Counted from the stretch's first letter, positions 1 through 8,437 are shown. The stretch: 64,000 nucleotides of DNA from an uncultured Actinomycetes bacterium (GCA_963814365.1 CAWFCL010000010.1:7342-71341); one strand, 5' to 3'. Translations and numbers: made by a program. Notes: generated by a model from the letters alone, not told the origin.

Positions 1-334
1 GCCGTCGTAGTCGCTTCTCGATCTCGATGCGCAACGCTACTAGTGCCAGGTTCGGATCGCCCTGGGCAACGTCGAGAAACTCAGGAAGGCTTGCTGGGCC
101 CGGGCGGCCAGATATCTGAGGTGTGATCTTCTCCCCAGCCTCTTTCAGATCCCGGAACTTTATCTCCCACCCTCCGGGGAACTTGGCGCTCTCGATCAGC
201 CTTGAAAGCCAGGGCAGGATGGCGACTATCAGAAGGCCGATCGCAATTGCATCCACCGGCAGACGTGGCCATATCAGGTGCACCGTGACTAGGGCGATTG
301 CCGCGAGTGAGATTATCAGTTTCAACCAGAACAC
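1..334 (-). CDS. hypothetical membrane-anchored protein, 3' end beyond window; possible fourth integron cassette ORF
   Basis: Own translation of the minus strand from GTG at 334 (GGGGGG 6 nt upstream) gives MFWLKLIISLAAIALVTVHLIWPRLPVDAIAIGLLIVAILPWLSRLIESAKFPGGWEIKFRDLKEAGEK...DPNLALVALRIEIEKRLRR, open to position 1. It has two hydrophobic helices. It is absent from the ORF track, presumably because it runs off the edge. Tracked ORFs 81..341(-) and 123..350(+) look like wrong frames. Confidence 0.5.
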   Translation of the reverse strand, partial: MFWLKLIISLAAIALVTVHLIWPRLPVDAIAIGLLIVAILPWLSRLIESAKFPGGWEIKFRDLKEAGEKITPQISGRPGPASLPEFLDVAQGDPNLALVALRIEIEKRLRR

Positions 335-340
335 AGGCCA

Positions 341-445
341 CCCCCCGTAAGGCTAACGTCTCTGCGCTTCAGCGGCTCCCGTTGGCCATGGTACTCCATG
401 CATTAGCCAGCGCAGGAAGTCCGGCTGCTAGCGCTTGTTAGCGTT
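341..445 (-). repeat. attC-like imperfect palindromic repeat (after cassette ORF 457..1518)
   Basis: Bounded by GGCTAAC (351-357) and GTTAGCG (437-443). It shares the core GTTGGCCATGGTACTCCATGC with the copies at 1621-1727 and 4027-4128, and its arms are complementary. Confidence 0.6.
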
Positions 446-456
446 CACCCTCACGA

Positions 457-1518
457 CTAATTGTCTACGGGTATCTCGTAGGTGTTGGAACCTGGTTGAC
501 CGCCCTCGTACACTTGGTACCATCCCGGGTCCGCCATATCGTGGAAGACGCCATACGTCTTGCCAGACTCAGAGTATGAACCAACTGCATACGTGCCACC
601 ATCCCCCCAGTACGCTACCTCGTTCCGCACGGTTGCGGCTTCGGGCGCGAGTGCAGCCTCGGCGCTACTGACTACGACGAACACAATGCTCGGCTGGATC
701 TCATTCAGCACGTTGGGTGTCACGACCGAGGGATCACACGTCCCCAGTTCACTGTATGCCTCTTCAATAGCGTGCTTCGCGTTCTCAACAAGCCCTTCAC
801 AGTCCGCGTCCTGTGCATATTTCTCCTGGTCGACGGTCTGCTTCGGGACATCGTATGGGGGCTTGACGGCGGCGGTATGCACGCTTGCCGCGAAGACGGC
901 TTCCAAGACGGCGTCGGGCCGGCCAACGTATGTGTAGTAGAACTCGTACATGTACTCTTGGGTGGCCATGAACACGATGTGTCGCTGGAGCGGCATGTCT
1001 GTCCCCAGAAGGTGGAGTGTCACATACGCTCTATCTTCTGTCAGGCTCTCAACCGACCATTCCGATTCTTCGTACACGAACATCTCCGCGCCCACGAGCG
1101 CTTCCATGGAAGAGTCACCGTCAGTCTGGACCAAGAGCCCTCCCTCTATGGGGAAACGTCTGACTTGAACACCCGGGATCGATCCGTCCTTGTCTGGCTG
1201 GCCCAACACAACAAGCAGGGGACCCAAGTTCTCGAGGCTGTAGTCATTGCGCTCTTGGATATCGGCCTTGAGACCCGACAGGTAGGACTGCATAGAGCTG
1301 CGGCTGCCTGGATCGGGATTAGACGCGGCTCGCTTCTCAAGCGCAGCCATCACGTCCGGATCTGCCGGATCGCCACCGACGAACGAACCTGGCAGTTGCA
1401 GAGAAACGTACTCACTATGGAAAGTGACTGACTCAGAAGATCGCGTGGAGCAACCGCTGAGCACCAACGCCAAGACCAGGAACGTGCCCAGAGCCATGAA
1501 GCATGATTTCCGCATCAC
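457..1518 (-). CDS. secreted lipoprotein, unknown function (cassette ORF)
   Basis: 353 aa ORF with N-terminus MMRKSCFMALGTFLVLALVLSGCSTRSS (signal peptide plus lipobox LSGC). It sits between two attC-like repeats. Confidence 0.75.
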   Translation of the reverse strand: MMRKSCFMALGTFLVLALVLSGCSTRSSESVTFHSEYVSLQLPGSFVGGDPADPDVMAALEKRAASNPDPGSRSSMQSYLSGLKADIQERNDYSLENLGPLLVVLGQPDKDGSIPGVQVRRFPIEGGLLVQTDGDSSMEALVGAEMFVYEESEWSVESLTEDRAYVTLHLLGTDMPLQRHIVFMATQEYMYEFYYTYVGRPDAVLEAVFAASVHTAAVKPPYDVPKQTVDQEKYAQDADCEGLVENAKHAIEEAYSELGTCDPSVVTPNVLNEIQPSIVFVVVSSAEAALAPEAATVRNEVAYWGDGGTYAVGSYSESGKTYGVFHDMADPGWYQVYEGGQPGSNTYEIPVDN

Positions 1519-1620
1519 GATGTGGCCCCCTCACGAGGAGACGTACTGACTCTCCGGAAAGAGCACGATACGCCGCTACTCAAGATGCAGTGTGACATTC
1601 GACTCTCCATCAGAACTCCG

Positions 1621-1727
1621 CCCCCCTTTGTAACGCTAACGTTCTAGCGCGTCAGCCGCGCCCGTTGGCCATGGTACTCCATGCGATAGCCAGCGCAGGA
1701 TGTCGGCTGCACGCGCTTGTTAGCGGT
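1621..1727 (-). repeat. attC-like imperfect palindromic repeat (belongs to cassette with ORF 2989..3990, now separated from it by IS30)
   Basis: CGCTAAC (1635-1641) ... GTTAGCG (1719-1725). The first ~34 nt are identical to the copy at 4027-4128. The central hairpin is CATGG-AGTA-CCATG. Confidence 0.6.
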
Positions 1728-1733
1728 CGCGAA

Positions 1734-2830
1734 TTCAGATACTAACTGCAACACCCCGCGGACCTCAAGGTGAGGCGACCTGGGACACTTCAGGTTCCTC
1801 CCATCCGCCAAGAAAAGGGGAACCGTTGCAGAAGTATCACCAGATCACCTCAGAGGAAAGATACGCCATCGCAGCTCTAAGGCGGCGAAGATTGTCCCTG
1901 CGCGAGATCTCGCGCGAGCTGGGTCGAGCTCCATCGACCGTGTCGCGAGAGATCAGGCGCAACCGTCGCGCCGACGGTGGGTACCGGGCCCAAGCGGCCT
2001 GTGAGCACACCAGCGCACGCCGTAGACGCTCAAGACGCAACGAGCGCATCGGACCTGAGGCATGGAGGCTCGTGGAGCGCCATCTGCGCCTGGACTGGAG
2101 CCCGGAGCAGGTCGCCGGCCACCTGCGCAAGGAGGGTCTCCTCAGAGTCAGCCACGAGACCATCTACGTGCGCATATGGAGCGACAAACGTGCCGGCGGA
2201 GACCTATACATGCATCTGCGCCAGGCCTCCAAGAAGCGCCGCAAACGCTACGGCGCTTATGACTCGCGGGGACGACTCCCTGGTAAACGCCACATATCGG
2301 AGCGACCGAGCGAGGTCGAGACCCGGCGGACGGTGGGCCACTGGGAGATCGATTCGGTCATGGGCACCGAGCATGGCCGCAACAGCGTGATCACCATGGT
2401 GGAGAGGGCCACAGGGTATCTCGTGATGGGCAAGCTCGAACGACACTGCGCGCTGGACGCCACCCAGTGCATCGTGGGGCTCATCGACGCGCATGCCGGC
2501 CGGGTGGCGACCATCACCGCAGACAATGGCACGGAGTTCCACTCCTACCGGGAGATCGAAGCGGCCACGGGTGTGCGGTTCTACTTCGCCACTCCGCACC
2601 ACTCCTGGGAGCGCGGCACCAACGAGAACACCAACGGCCTCATCCGTCAGTACTTGCCCAAGAAGACCAGCTTCGCCCATCTGACCCAAGCTGACTGCGA
2701 CGCCATCGCAGCCAAGCTCAACTCACGGCCCAGGAAGCGGCTGGGCTACAAGACTCCGGAGGAATGCTATGTACAAGCCGGGTAGAAGAGAGCGTCCTGC
2801 TCAGAGGAAACGTTGCACTTCAAACTTGAA
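1734..2830 (+). mobile_element. IS30-family insertion sequence (~1.1 kb)
   Basis: Contains a single IS30-type transposase ORF. Candidate imperfect terminal inverted repeats are TTCAGATACTAACTGCAAC (1734-1752) and GTTGCACTTCAAACTTGAA (2812-2830), with 13/19 matches. The exact ends and target duplication are not resolved. Confidence 0.7.
1826..2785 (+). CDS. IS30 family transposase
   Basis: 319 aa. N-terminal HTH: ITSEERYAIAALRRRRLSLREISRELGRAPSTVSREIRRN. DDE core: WEIDSV...TADNGTEF...HHSWERGTNENTNGLIRQYLPK. RBS GGGGAA lies upstream of the TTG start. Confidence 0.95.
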   Translation: MQKYHQITSEERYAIAALRRRRLSLREISRELGRAPSTVSREIRRNRRADGGYRAQAACEHTSARRRRSRRNERIGPEAWRLVERHLRLDWSPEQVAGHLRKEGLLRVSHETIYVRIWSDKRAGGDLYMHLRQASKKRRKRYGAYDSRGRLPGKRHISERPSEVETRRTVGHWEIDSVMGTEHGRNSVITMVERATGYLVMGKLERHCALDATQCIVGLIDAHAGRVATITADNGTEFHSYREIEAATGVRFYFATPHHSWERGTNENTNGLIRQYLPKKTSFAHLTQADCDAIAAKLNSRPRKRLGYKTPEECYVQAG

Positions 2831-2988
2831 CTTACAGGTCGGACTCACTCCTGAGTGATCCCCAGAGGTCTGCAAGGTATTGCAGCATTGCGTGAGTGGC
2901 GGGCCCCCTGCTTCTCCCACAACTCCTAGAGGTAGAAGCTTCGCTCTTCAGCGGGGCTTCTTGAACCGGCTCGAATACATGATGGCCC

Positions 2989-3990
2989 TCAGGGGAGAAT
3001 GCGGAAGCTATTGGCGCTCAGGTCGAAGTCGGCCAGTCTTGCCTGCAACTTCGTGCTAGGCACAGCATAGCGGACTATCCAGACGCCTGCGGGCGCTTTC
3101 ACGAAGTAGTCCACGAATGATGTGGGGTCTCCCTCCACCACGACCCGGGTTGCCTCCCGCCCGTCAATAGTAAGATCAGTCCTGCTTCGAAGCTTCGCCC
3201 CGGAGACCTGATAGTTCGCCCGATCAACGTATTCTTCGAGGGAAGGGTCCTCTGGTCCCGGCGGGATGGCAAACGCCTCCACAAGACTGAGGCCCTCGTA
3301 TTCGGTCAAACTTACGGAGTCGAGGACGTAGATGGGCTCCTTGAGATTCTCGAACTGGCTGGCGAAACTTCCCGGTCCCATCGCTTGGAGGCTGGAGACT
3401 GTCGTCGGGTCCTTCATATTCCAGTCGAAGTAGGGAGGCAGGTAGATTTCAGCACCTCCCCCCGAGACTTTGGTCCAGTCTGCGGGGGGTTCTGCCGGCA
3501 GACCCGATTCAGGAGCGATTGGAGATTGGTCCGACTCGGTTTTCGACAAATCGATCTGATTGGTGGCCCTCTCAATCGCGAAATTCCCGCTCGCCTTCTC
3601 TCCCTGGGCAACGATCTGGTCGAAGCTTGGCGTTTGCCATACTCCCGCAGGCTCTACAGGGTCAGGCAGCCAATAGAGTTCGTAGGTGTACTTTCCAGGA
3701 GATAAACCTCCCAGCTCGATTGAGTGGGAGGGGACGGGGGCCATGGAGTTTGAGTAGTTAGAAGACTCCCATGCAACGTTGCCGTTGGTATCGACAACAC
3801 GAACGGCGTAGGCGCCCACGGGGCCATCTGACCTGAGAGATATGGTTGCCTGCTGGGTATCGTCGTCCACAGAGATGGTCGCCTTCAGAGGGCCGATCTG
3901 CGTCTCGTTCGACGAACAGCCAGCCAAGAGGAATATGACGACCAGCGCTGATAGAGCCGCAAGAACCCTGATCTCTCTTCGCCAGGTCAT
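2989..3990 (-). CDS. secreted lipoprotein, unknown function (cassette ORF)
   Basis: 333 aa ORF with VLAALSALVVIFLLAGCSSNE lipobox. No recognisable catalytic motif. Confidence 0.75.
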   Translation of the reverse strand: MTWRREIRVLAALSALVVIFLLAGCSSNETQIGPLKATISVDDDTQQATISLRSDGPVGAYAVRVVDTNGNVAWESSNYSNSMAPVPSHSIELGGLSPGKYTYELYWLPDPVEPAGVWQTPSFDQIVAQGEKASGNFAIERATNQIDLSKTESDQSPIAPESGLPAEPPADWTKVSGGGAEIYLPPYFDWNMKDPTTVSSLQAMGPGSFASQFENLKEPIYVLDSVSLTEYEGLSLVEAFAIPPGPEDPSLEEYVDRANYQVSGAKLRSRTDLTIDGREATRVVVEGDPTSFVDYFVKAPAGVWIVRYAVPSTKLQARLADFDLSANSFRILP

Positions 3991-4026
3991 GCATCCCCCT
4001 CTCCAATACAGAATCGCTTGATTGCG

Positions 4027-4128
4027 CCCCCGTACCGCTAACGTTCTAGCGCGTCAGCCGCGCCCGTTGCCCATGGTACTCCATGCAGTAGGCAGCGCCG
4101 GTGTCGGACTGCACGCGCTGGTTAGCCT
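4027..4128 (-). repeat. attC-like imperfect palindromic repeat (end of cassette with ORF 4046..5293)
   Basis: CGCTAAC (4036-4042) ... GTTAGCC (4121-4127), with the same core as the other copies. The upstream ORF reads through it and stops at TAG 3 nt before the GTTAGCG box on the minus strand. Confidence 0.6.
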
Positions 4129-5293
4129 GGGGCATGAACTTTCCCACGAAAATCTCCAACCCCGAGTAGTTCGATTGCTCGCCAGCCCAGCCAATCCACG
4201 CCACTAGGTCTCCACATACGGCAGGGAACCAATCTTGGTAGTCGTTCTGGGTAAGCCGTCCGATACCGCCCGAAGGCGTCCAGACGTATATCTCCATGTC
4301 AGCGACCTCGTCATCATCTGAGCCGCTATACCAGACGACGCGATCTCCGGATACCGTCGGGAAGAGGTCATAGCGGTCGTCGGAGGTGAGCCGAGTCACA
4401 CCCTCCGACGGAGCCCACGTGAATACCTCGCTGCTCGTCATATCGTCGCCTAGGTCATCATCCCAGACCACACGATCGCCATCGACAAGAACCTCCGACC
4501 CGGAGGAGATGCTGAGTGTCGCCAATTGGACAACCCCGTCGGTCGGTGTCCAGCTAAGAACTCCGAAGCCGAGTTCGCCCTCCCCCTTCCACACAACCCT
4601 ATCGCCCGATACGTCGGGGATGCCTGTACTGTTCCCACTCTTGTTCAGTTCAACGACCCCGCCGGTGGGCGTCCAGGTGAATACTTTGTGGTAGTTGTTC
4701 TCGTCGTGGCTGCTTTCAATCCAGACCACTCGCTCCCCCGATATCTGTGGATAGCCGCAGAAATGGCCCTCCTGAGTGAGCTGGACTACGCCGGCGTCTG
4801 CTCTCCACATGAAGATCTCATGGCCTTTGCCGCTAGCGACATCACCATTGCCCATCCACACCACTCGGTCGCCGGAAACCTGTGGGACCTTGTCTTCGTA
4901 GTCGTTGGTCGTGAGTTGCAGAATGCCGTCCGCCAGCGTCCAGACGAATACTTCGTTGTCTTCTCCGCCGTCCGTACCACCAGGTGCCTGCCAGGCGATC
5001 AACTCGTCAGAGACCGCGATCGCCTCCTCGTCTACTTCGTTCACAGTCACCTGAACGACACAATCAGATGCCGTCCATGTGAAGACTTCCCAATCACGAT
5101 TCGCGTCAATGCCACCGCGGCCGCTCCACACCACACGTTCACCACAGACGAGCGGCGCTTGAACACTGTACGCGTCAGTCGTGAGCCGTGTGACTTCAAA
5201 ACCTTCCACGACGCCAGGTGAACACGCAGACACCGAGAAGAGAGAAAGACTCAGTAGGACAAACAGCACGATAGAAGTCTGGTAACGCTTCAA
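4046..5293 (-). CDS. lipoprotein with ~8 tandem beta-propeller-like repeats (SGDRVVW signature) (cassette ORF)
   Basis: 415 aa. TTG start with AGAGGGGGA RBS. Lipobox LFSVSACSPG. The recurring motif (V/I)SG(D/E)RVVW...E(I/V)F.W has ~45-50 aa periodicity. The last ~27 aa are encoded by the attC-like repeat. Confidence 0.8.
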   Translation of the reverse strand: MKRYQTSIVLFVLLSLSLFSVSACSPGVVEGFEVTRLTTDAYSVQAPLVCGERVVWSGRGGIDANRDWEVFTWTASDCVVQVTVNEVDEEAIAVSDELIAWQAPGGTDGGEDNEVFVWTLADGILQLTTNDYEDKVPQVSGDRVVWMGNGDVASGKGHEIFMWRADAGVVQLTQEGHFCGYPQISGERVVWIESSHDENNYHKVFTWTPTGGVVELNKSGNSTGIPDVSGDRVVWKGEGELGFGVLSWTPTDGVVQLATLSISSGSEVLVDGDRVVWDDDLGDDMTSSEVFTWAPSEGVTRLTSDDRYDLFPTVSGDRVVWYSGSDDDEVADMEIYVWTPSGGIGRLTQNDYQDWFPAVCGDLVAWIGWAGEQSNYSGLEIFVGKFMPQANQRVQSDTGAAYCMEYHGQRARLTR

Positions 5294-5304
5294 ATTCCCC
5301 CTCT

Positions 5305-5415
5305 GGCTAACAGTACTTCTGTAGTCTGCGCCAATAGACTGCGACAGCAGATCGGTGCCCGCATACTCCCAGAAATGTGACTCTCACTGCCCCCTCGGCT
5401 CCCGCGTCGTTAGCC
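5305..5415 (-). other. candidate attI/attC-type recombination site between integrase relic and first cassette
   Basis: 111 nt segment bounded on the plus strand by GGCTAAC (5305-5311) and GTTAGCC (5409-5415). On the cassette (minus) strand the GTTAGCC box lies 11 nt before the first cassette ORF start. The internal sequence is unrelated to the other three repeats. Confidence 0.35.
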
Positions 5416-5474
5416 TGAATCGGCACGGATGATGGTCCTCGAAAGCCGATGTTATGCAGACTGTATAGACAGAG

Positions 5475-5782
5475 CTACATCGAGTCAAGCGGGCTTCGGA
5501 CCCCAAGGCAACCTCGATTCAGCACGCGCGTAGATCATTACTGTGCTGAGGTCCACGTGACCGGGACGCTCTTGGGTAGTCTGCTCAACACCTCCTTCGC
5601 GGCGCATTGCACCAGCGTCTCGTGGACATGAGGGCGCGGATCTCGACCGGAGGGCGGAGGTGGTAAGACTGTATGTAGCGGCTCACTCAGGCGAGGTGAG
5701 CGCGCTCCTCCGTGCCGCGGCTGCAGTTCCGCGCACGTAGAGCGTCACGAACCTGGTCCAGGAGTCTTGGTGGTCGGTCCAC
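5475..5782 (-). pseudogene. intI: integron-type tyrosine recombinase relic (internal deletion, nonsense codon, frameshifts)
   Basis: Own translation. The N-terminal SAM-like segment is (GTG 5782) DRPPRLLDQVRDALRARNCSRGTEERAHLA-TGA(5687-5689, where Trp is expected)-VSRYIQSYHLRPPVEI. It then jumps to the extreme C-terminus EGGVEQTTQERPGHVDLSTVMIYAR / LNRGCLGVRSPLDSM* (stop 5475-5477). The catalytic core between them is missing. Confidence 0.7.
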
Positions 5783-5817
5783 GCCTGCCCGATGTCCAGA
5801 TGCGCAGCTCTTTGCCG

Positions 5818-6456
5818 CTAAGACTGGGCGATGGCCGCGGTTATGCCGTGTATCAGCATCTGCACCCCTATGACAGCAAGGATGAGACCCATCAGACGAG
5901 TCACTACCTTTATGCCGTTGTCGCCGATGTACTTCACGAAGCGCCCTCCGAAGACGAAGAAGACGTAGCTGATGACGCACAGCACCAAGAACGCTACGAC
6001 GGTCACGACGAAGTTCGATACACCCCCGGCCGAAGCGAAATTCATAGCGGTAGCGATAGTGCCGGGTCCCGCAAGAATGGGCATCGCTAACGGCGTTATG
6101 GCCACCTCCATCTCGGCCTCCAAGCTCTTCTGCTTGTCTTGCTCACTGGGGTGTTGGATGGGAGAGTGTTCGCCCCCCTGCAGCATGTGATAGCCGATGA
6201 TCGCGACCAGCGCCCCGCCTGTGATCTGAAAGGCCGCCAGCGTGATGCCGAAGAGTTCGAATATCAATTTCCCCGCAGCTGCGAATACAGTGACGATGAT
6301 GAAGCTCAGGATGAGTGCTTTGGCCGCGATCTTGCGTGTGGTTCTCCGGTCGTCCTGCGCGGTGAGGGCCAGAAACACGGGTGTATTGGCGATAGGATTC
6401 ATGATCGCAAAGAACCCCATGAATACCGAGATGGCGTGAGTGATGCTCGCGCTCAT
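5818..6456 (-). CDS. MarC family (UPF0056) integral membrane protein
   Basis: MSASITHAISVFMGFFAIMNPIANTPVFLALT... is the typical MarC N-terminus, and the protein has multiple TM segments. ATG at 6456 is chosen over the tracked upstream start. Confidence 0.85.
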   Translation of the reverse strand: MSASITHAISVFMGFFAIMNPIANTPVFLALTAQDDRRTTRKIAAKALILSFIIVTVFAAAGKLIFELFGITLAAFQITGGALVAIIGYHMLQGGEHSPIQHPSEQDKQKSLEAEMEVAITPLAMPILAGPGTIATAMNFASAGGVSNFVVTVVAFLVLCVISYVFFVFGGRFVKYIGDNGIKVVTRLMGLILAVIGVQMLIHGITAAIAQS

Positions 6457-6464
6457 GACGCCTG

Positions 6465-7235
6465 CTACGCCCCGTACCCGCAGGCCAGCCATCCACCGTC
6501 GACCGGCAGGACGGTGCCTGTGATGAAGTCCGCGTCATCTGACGCCATGAAGAGGATGGCCTTGGCCACCTCCTCCGGTTCGGCGGCACGACCCATGGGG
6601 CACCGCTTGGCTATCTCTTCATCAGAGGTGACGCCCTTGTCGATGGCGGTCTCCAGGCGCAGGGTTCGCGTCCAACAGGGCGCCACGCAGTTGACATTGA
6701 TGTTGAACTTGGCCCACTCCACCGCGAGGCTGCGGGTCAGGTTGTGGACGGCCGCTTTGGAGGGGCCGTAAGCATTCACGTAGGGTTGGCCGGCGACGCC
6801 GGTCTGCGAACCCACGTTGACGATCTTGCCGCCGCCGTGGTCTTTCATCCATTTCGCCGCCTGCTGCGAGCAGATGAAGACGCTGCGCACGTTGACATCC
6901 CAGACCTTGTCCCAGGCGTCCCAGTCATCGAAGTCAAACGTGTCACCCGCGGGCTTCGGGACGCCGGCGTTGTTCACCAAGATGTCCAGTCCGCCGAAGG
7001 CGGCGATGGCCTTTGCCATCATGTCCTTGGTCTGTGCGGGGTCGCCCAGGTCGGCGGCCAGGGCGACCGCCGTGCCACCGGCGCGCGTAATCTCGGCCAC
7101 CGTGGTGTCAGCCTCGGCTTGACTTAGGTCGGCTACCACCACGTTCGCGCCCTCTTGCGCGAAGAGCAGTGCGGTGGCTCGGCCTATGCCGCGGCCCGCC
7201 CCGGTCACCAGTGCCTTCTTGCCCTCAAGCCTCAT
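6465..7235 (-). CDS. SDR family oxidoreductase (FabG-like)
   Basis: TGAGRGIG Rossmann motif, NNAG, and the S...YGPSK catalytic triad region. 256 aa. Confidence 0.9.
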   Translation of the reverse strand: MRLEGKKALVTGAGRGIGRATALLFAQEGANVVVADLSQAEADTTVAEITRAGGTAVALAADLGDPAQTKDMMAKAIAAFGGLDILVNNAGVPKPAGDTFDFDDWDAWDKVWDVNVRSVFICSQQAAKWMKDHGGGKIVNVGSQTGVAGQPYVNAYGPSKAAVHNLTRSLAVEWAKFNINVNCVAPCWTRTLRLETAIDKGVTSDEEIAKRCPMGRAAEPEEVAKAILFMASDDADFITGTVLPVDGGWLACGYGA

Positions 7236-8196
7236 GTTCGGCGCCTCTGGTCACGATTACCTGAGGTCCCCTCATCGCCGCTCGCCGGCTCCCGCTGAAG
7301 GCGATGGCCGCAAGCGCTCCGGCCAGCAATAGGGGAACATTCCCGATCACCAAGAAGAAAGCATAGGCCGCGACCGCTGCATCATCGCCTGCAACAGCGG
7401 GCGCGTAGGTGACTATCGCCGCGGCGACAAGCAAGGCTTGGACCAGAGCAATCAAGATAGCCGATATCAACAGGAGCCCCTCTCTGCGGACAAGCCAATA
7501 CCCGTCTTCGTGGGCGGGCTCGTCGGGTCTGGTGACGACCGAGGCGGCAGCGGCTCCGTGGAAGGCATGCGATGCCACGCCAGCGGCCACCATGATGACC
7601 GCAAGGCTCACAAGAAGTGCCACCAGGGTAATATTCATGTCGTCGTACAAGTGTGCGATGCCGAAGAGAATCAGAAACGCCGCCAGAGCGAGCCCCGCCA
7701 TGACCGCGTACCAAGTCGCGGCAGAGCCCAAACGGTTGTTGCGCGTCTCCCTATCCTCGGTCGAGAACGCGCCTGCCAGGTACGCAAAGGGTGGTAAGAC
7801 TAGGGCAGCGAGCAGGACCGCAACAAGGACATCAAGCCAGAAGTAGCCGTCTCCCCCCGTGCGTCCAAGCACTGCCGCCACGATAGCCAGGATCACACCG
7901 GTCATGGCGATCAAGGCGCCGCGGCGCACTCCGCGAGTCCTGGGACACAATAGCCCCACAAGGGCCAGGCCCACCATCACTGCGCCGGTGGCCTCGACTA
8001 GGAGACCTGCCATCTGAAATCCAAGAGTCGCGACATCCCTTGCACCCTTGATATCGCTGGCGGCCCAGGCGATTGCCAAGGCGACCGCCGCTATGATCGA
8101 TTGCGCCCCGAACAGAATGCCCGCCGAACCTAGCAGCTTGTCACGTCTTGTCGTACTAGTCATACCCTCGTCGCACCCCTGTCCCTCTGAGATCAC
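7225..8196 (-). CDS. polytopic membrane protein, unknown function
   Basis: 323 aa, Ala/Leu/Val-rich with ~8 hydrophobic segments. The start is uncertain (alternative ATG at 8163). Confidence 0.6.
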   Translation of the reverse strand: MISEGQGCDEGMTSTTRRDKLLGSAGILFGAQSIIAAVALAIAWAASDIKGARDVATLGFQMAGLLVEATGAVMVGLALVGLLCPRTRGVRRGALIAMTGVILAIVAAVLGRTGGDGYFWLDVLVAVLLAALVLPPFAYLAGAFSTEDRETRNNRLGSAATWYAVMAGLALAAFLILFGIAHLYDDMNITLVALLVSLAVIMVAAGVASHAFHGAAAASVVTRPDEPAHEDGYWLVRREGLLLISAILIALVQALLVAAAIVTYAPAVAGDDAAVAAYAFFLVIGNVPLLLAGALAAIAFSGSRRAAMRGPQVIVTRGAEHEA

Positions 8197-8437
8197 GATC
8201 CCCCTCCGTTCGGCTCGGTATGGCGAAGTGCCCTGTTCATACTAGAGATGCCGCGTGCCTATGTGAAGAGCCGCCCGGCGCCGGTAGCCACGCGGCGGAC
8301 AAGGCGGCCGGATTTGCGTCTCTTGTCCCTGCCGGGCTAAAGTAACCGTCTGCGTGACCGGAAGCCCGGGCGCACCAACCGACTAAGGAGATGGTCACGT
8401 TGCCTGATCTGTCCAGCACCGCGACGGGAAGCCGGCA

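Noticed and set aside
81-350. Tracked ORFs 81..341(-) and 123..350(+)
   Set aside because: Both are low-complexity. The third minus-strand frame encodes a convincing membrane protein that is open to the window edge.
4046-4128. Repeat-encoded peptide (ANQ/KRVQ...YxMEYHGQRARLTR) as an independent small gene or conserved protein module
   Set aside because: Copy 1 has an early stop and an indel in this frame, while the nucleotide palindrome is preserved. Conservation is therefore at the DNA-structure level.
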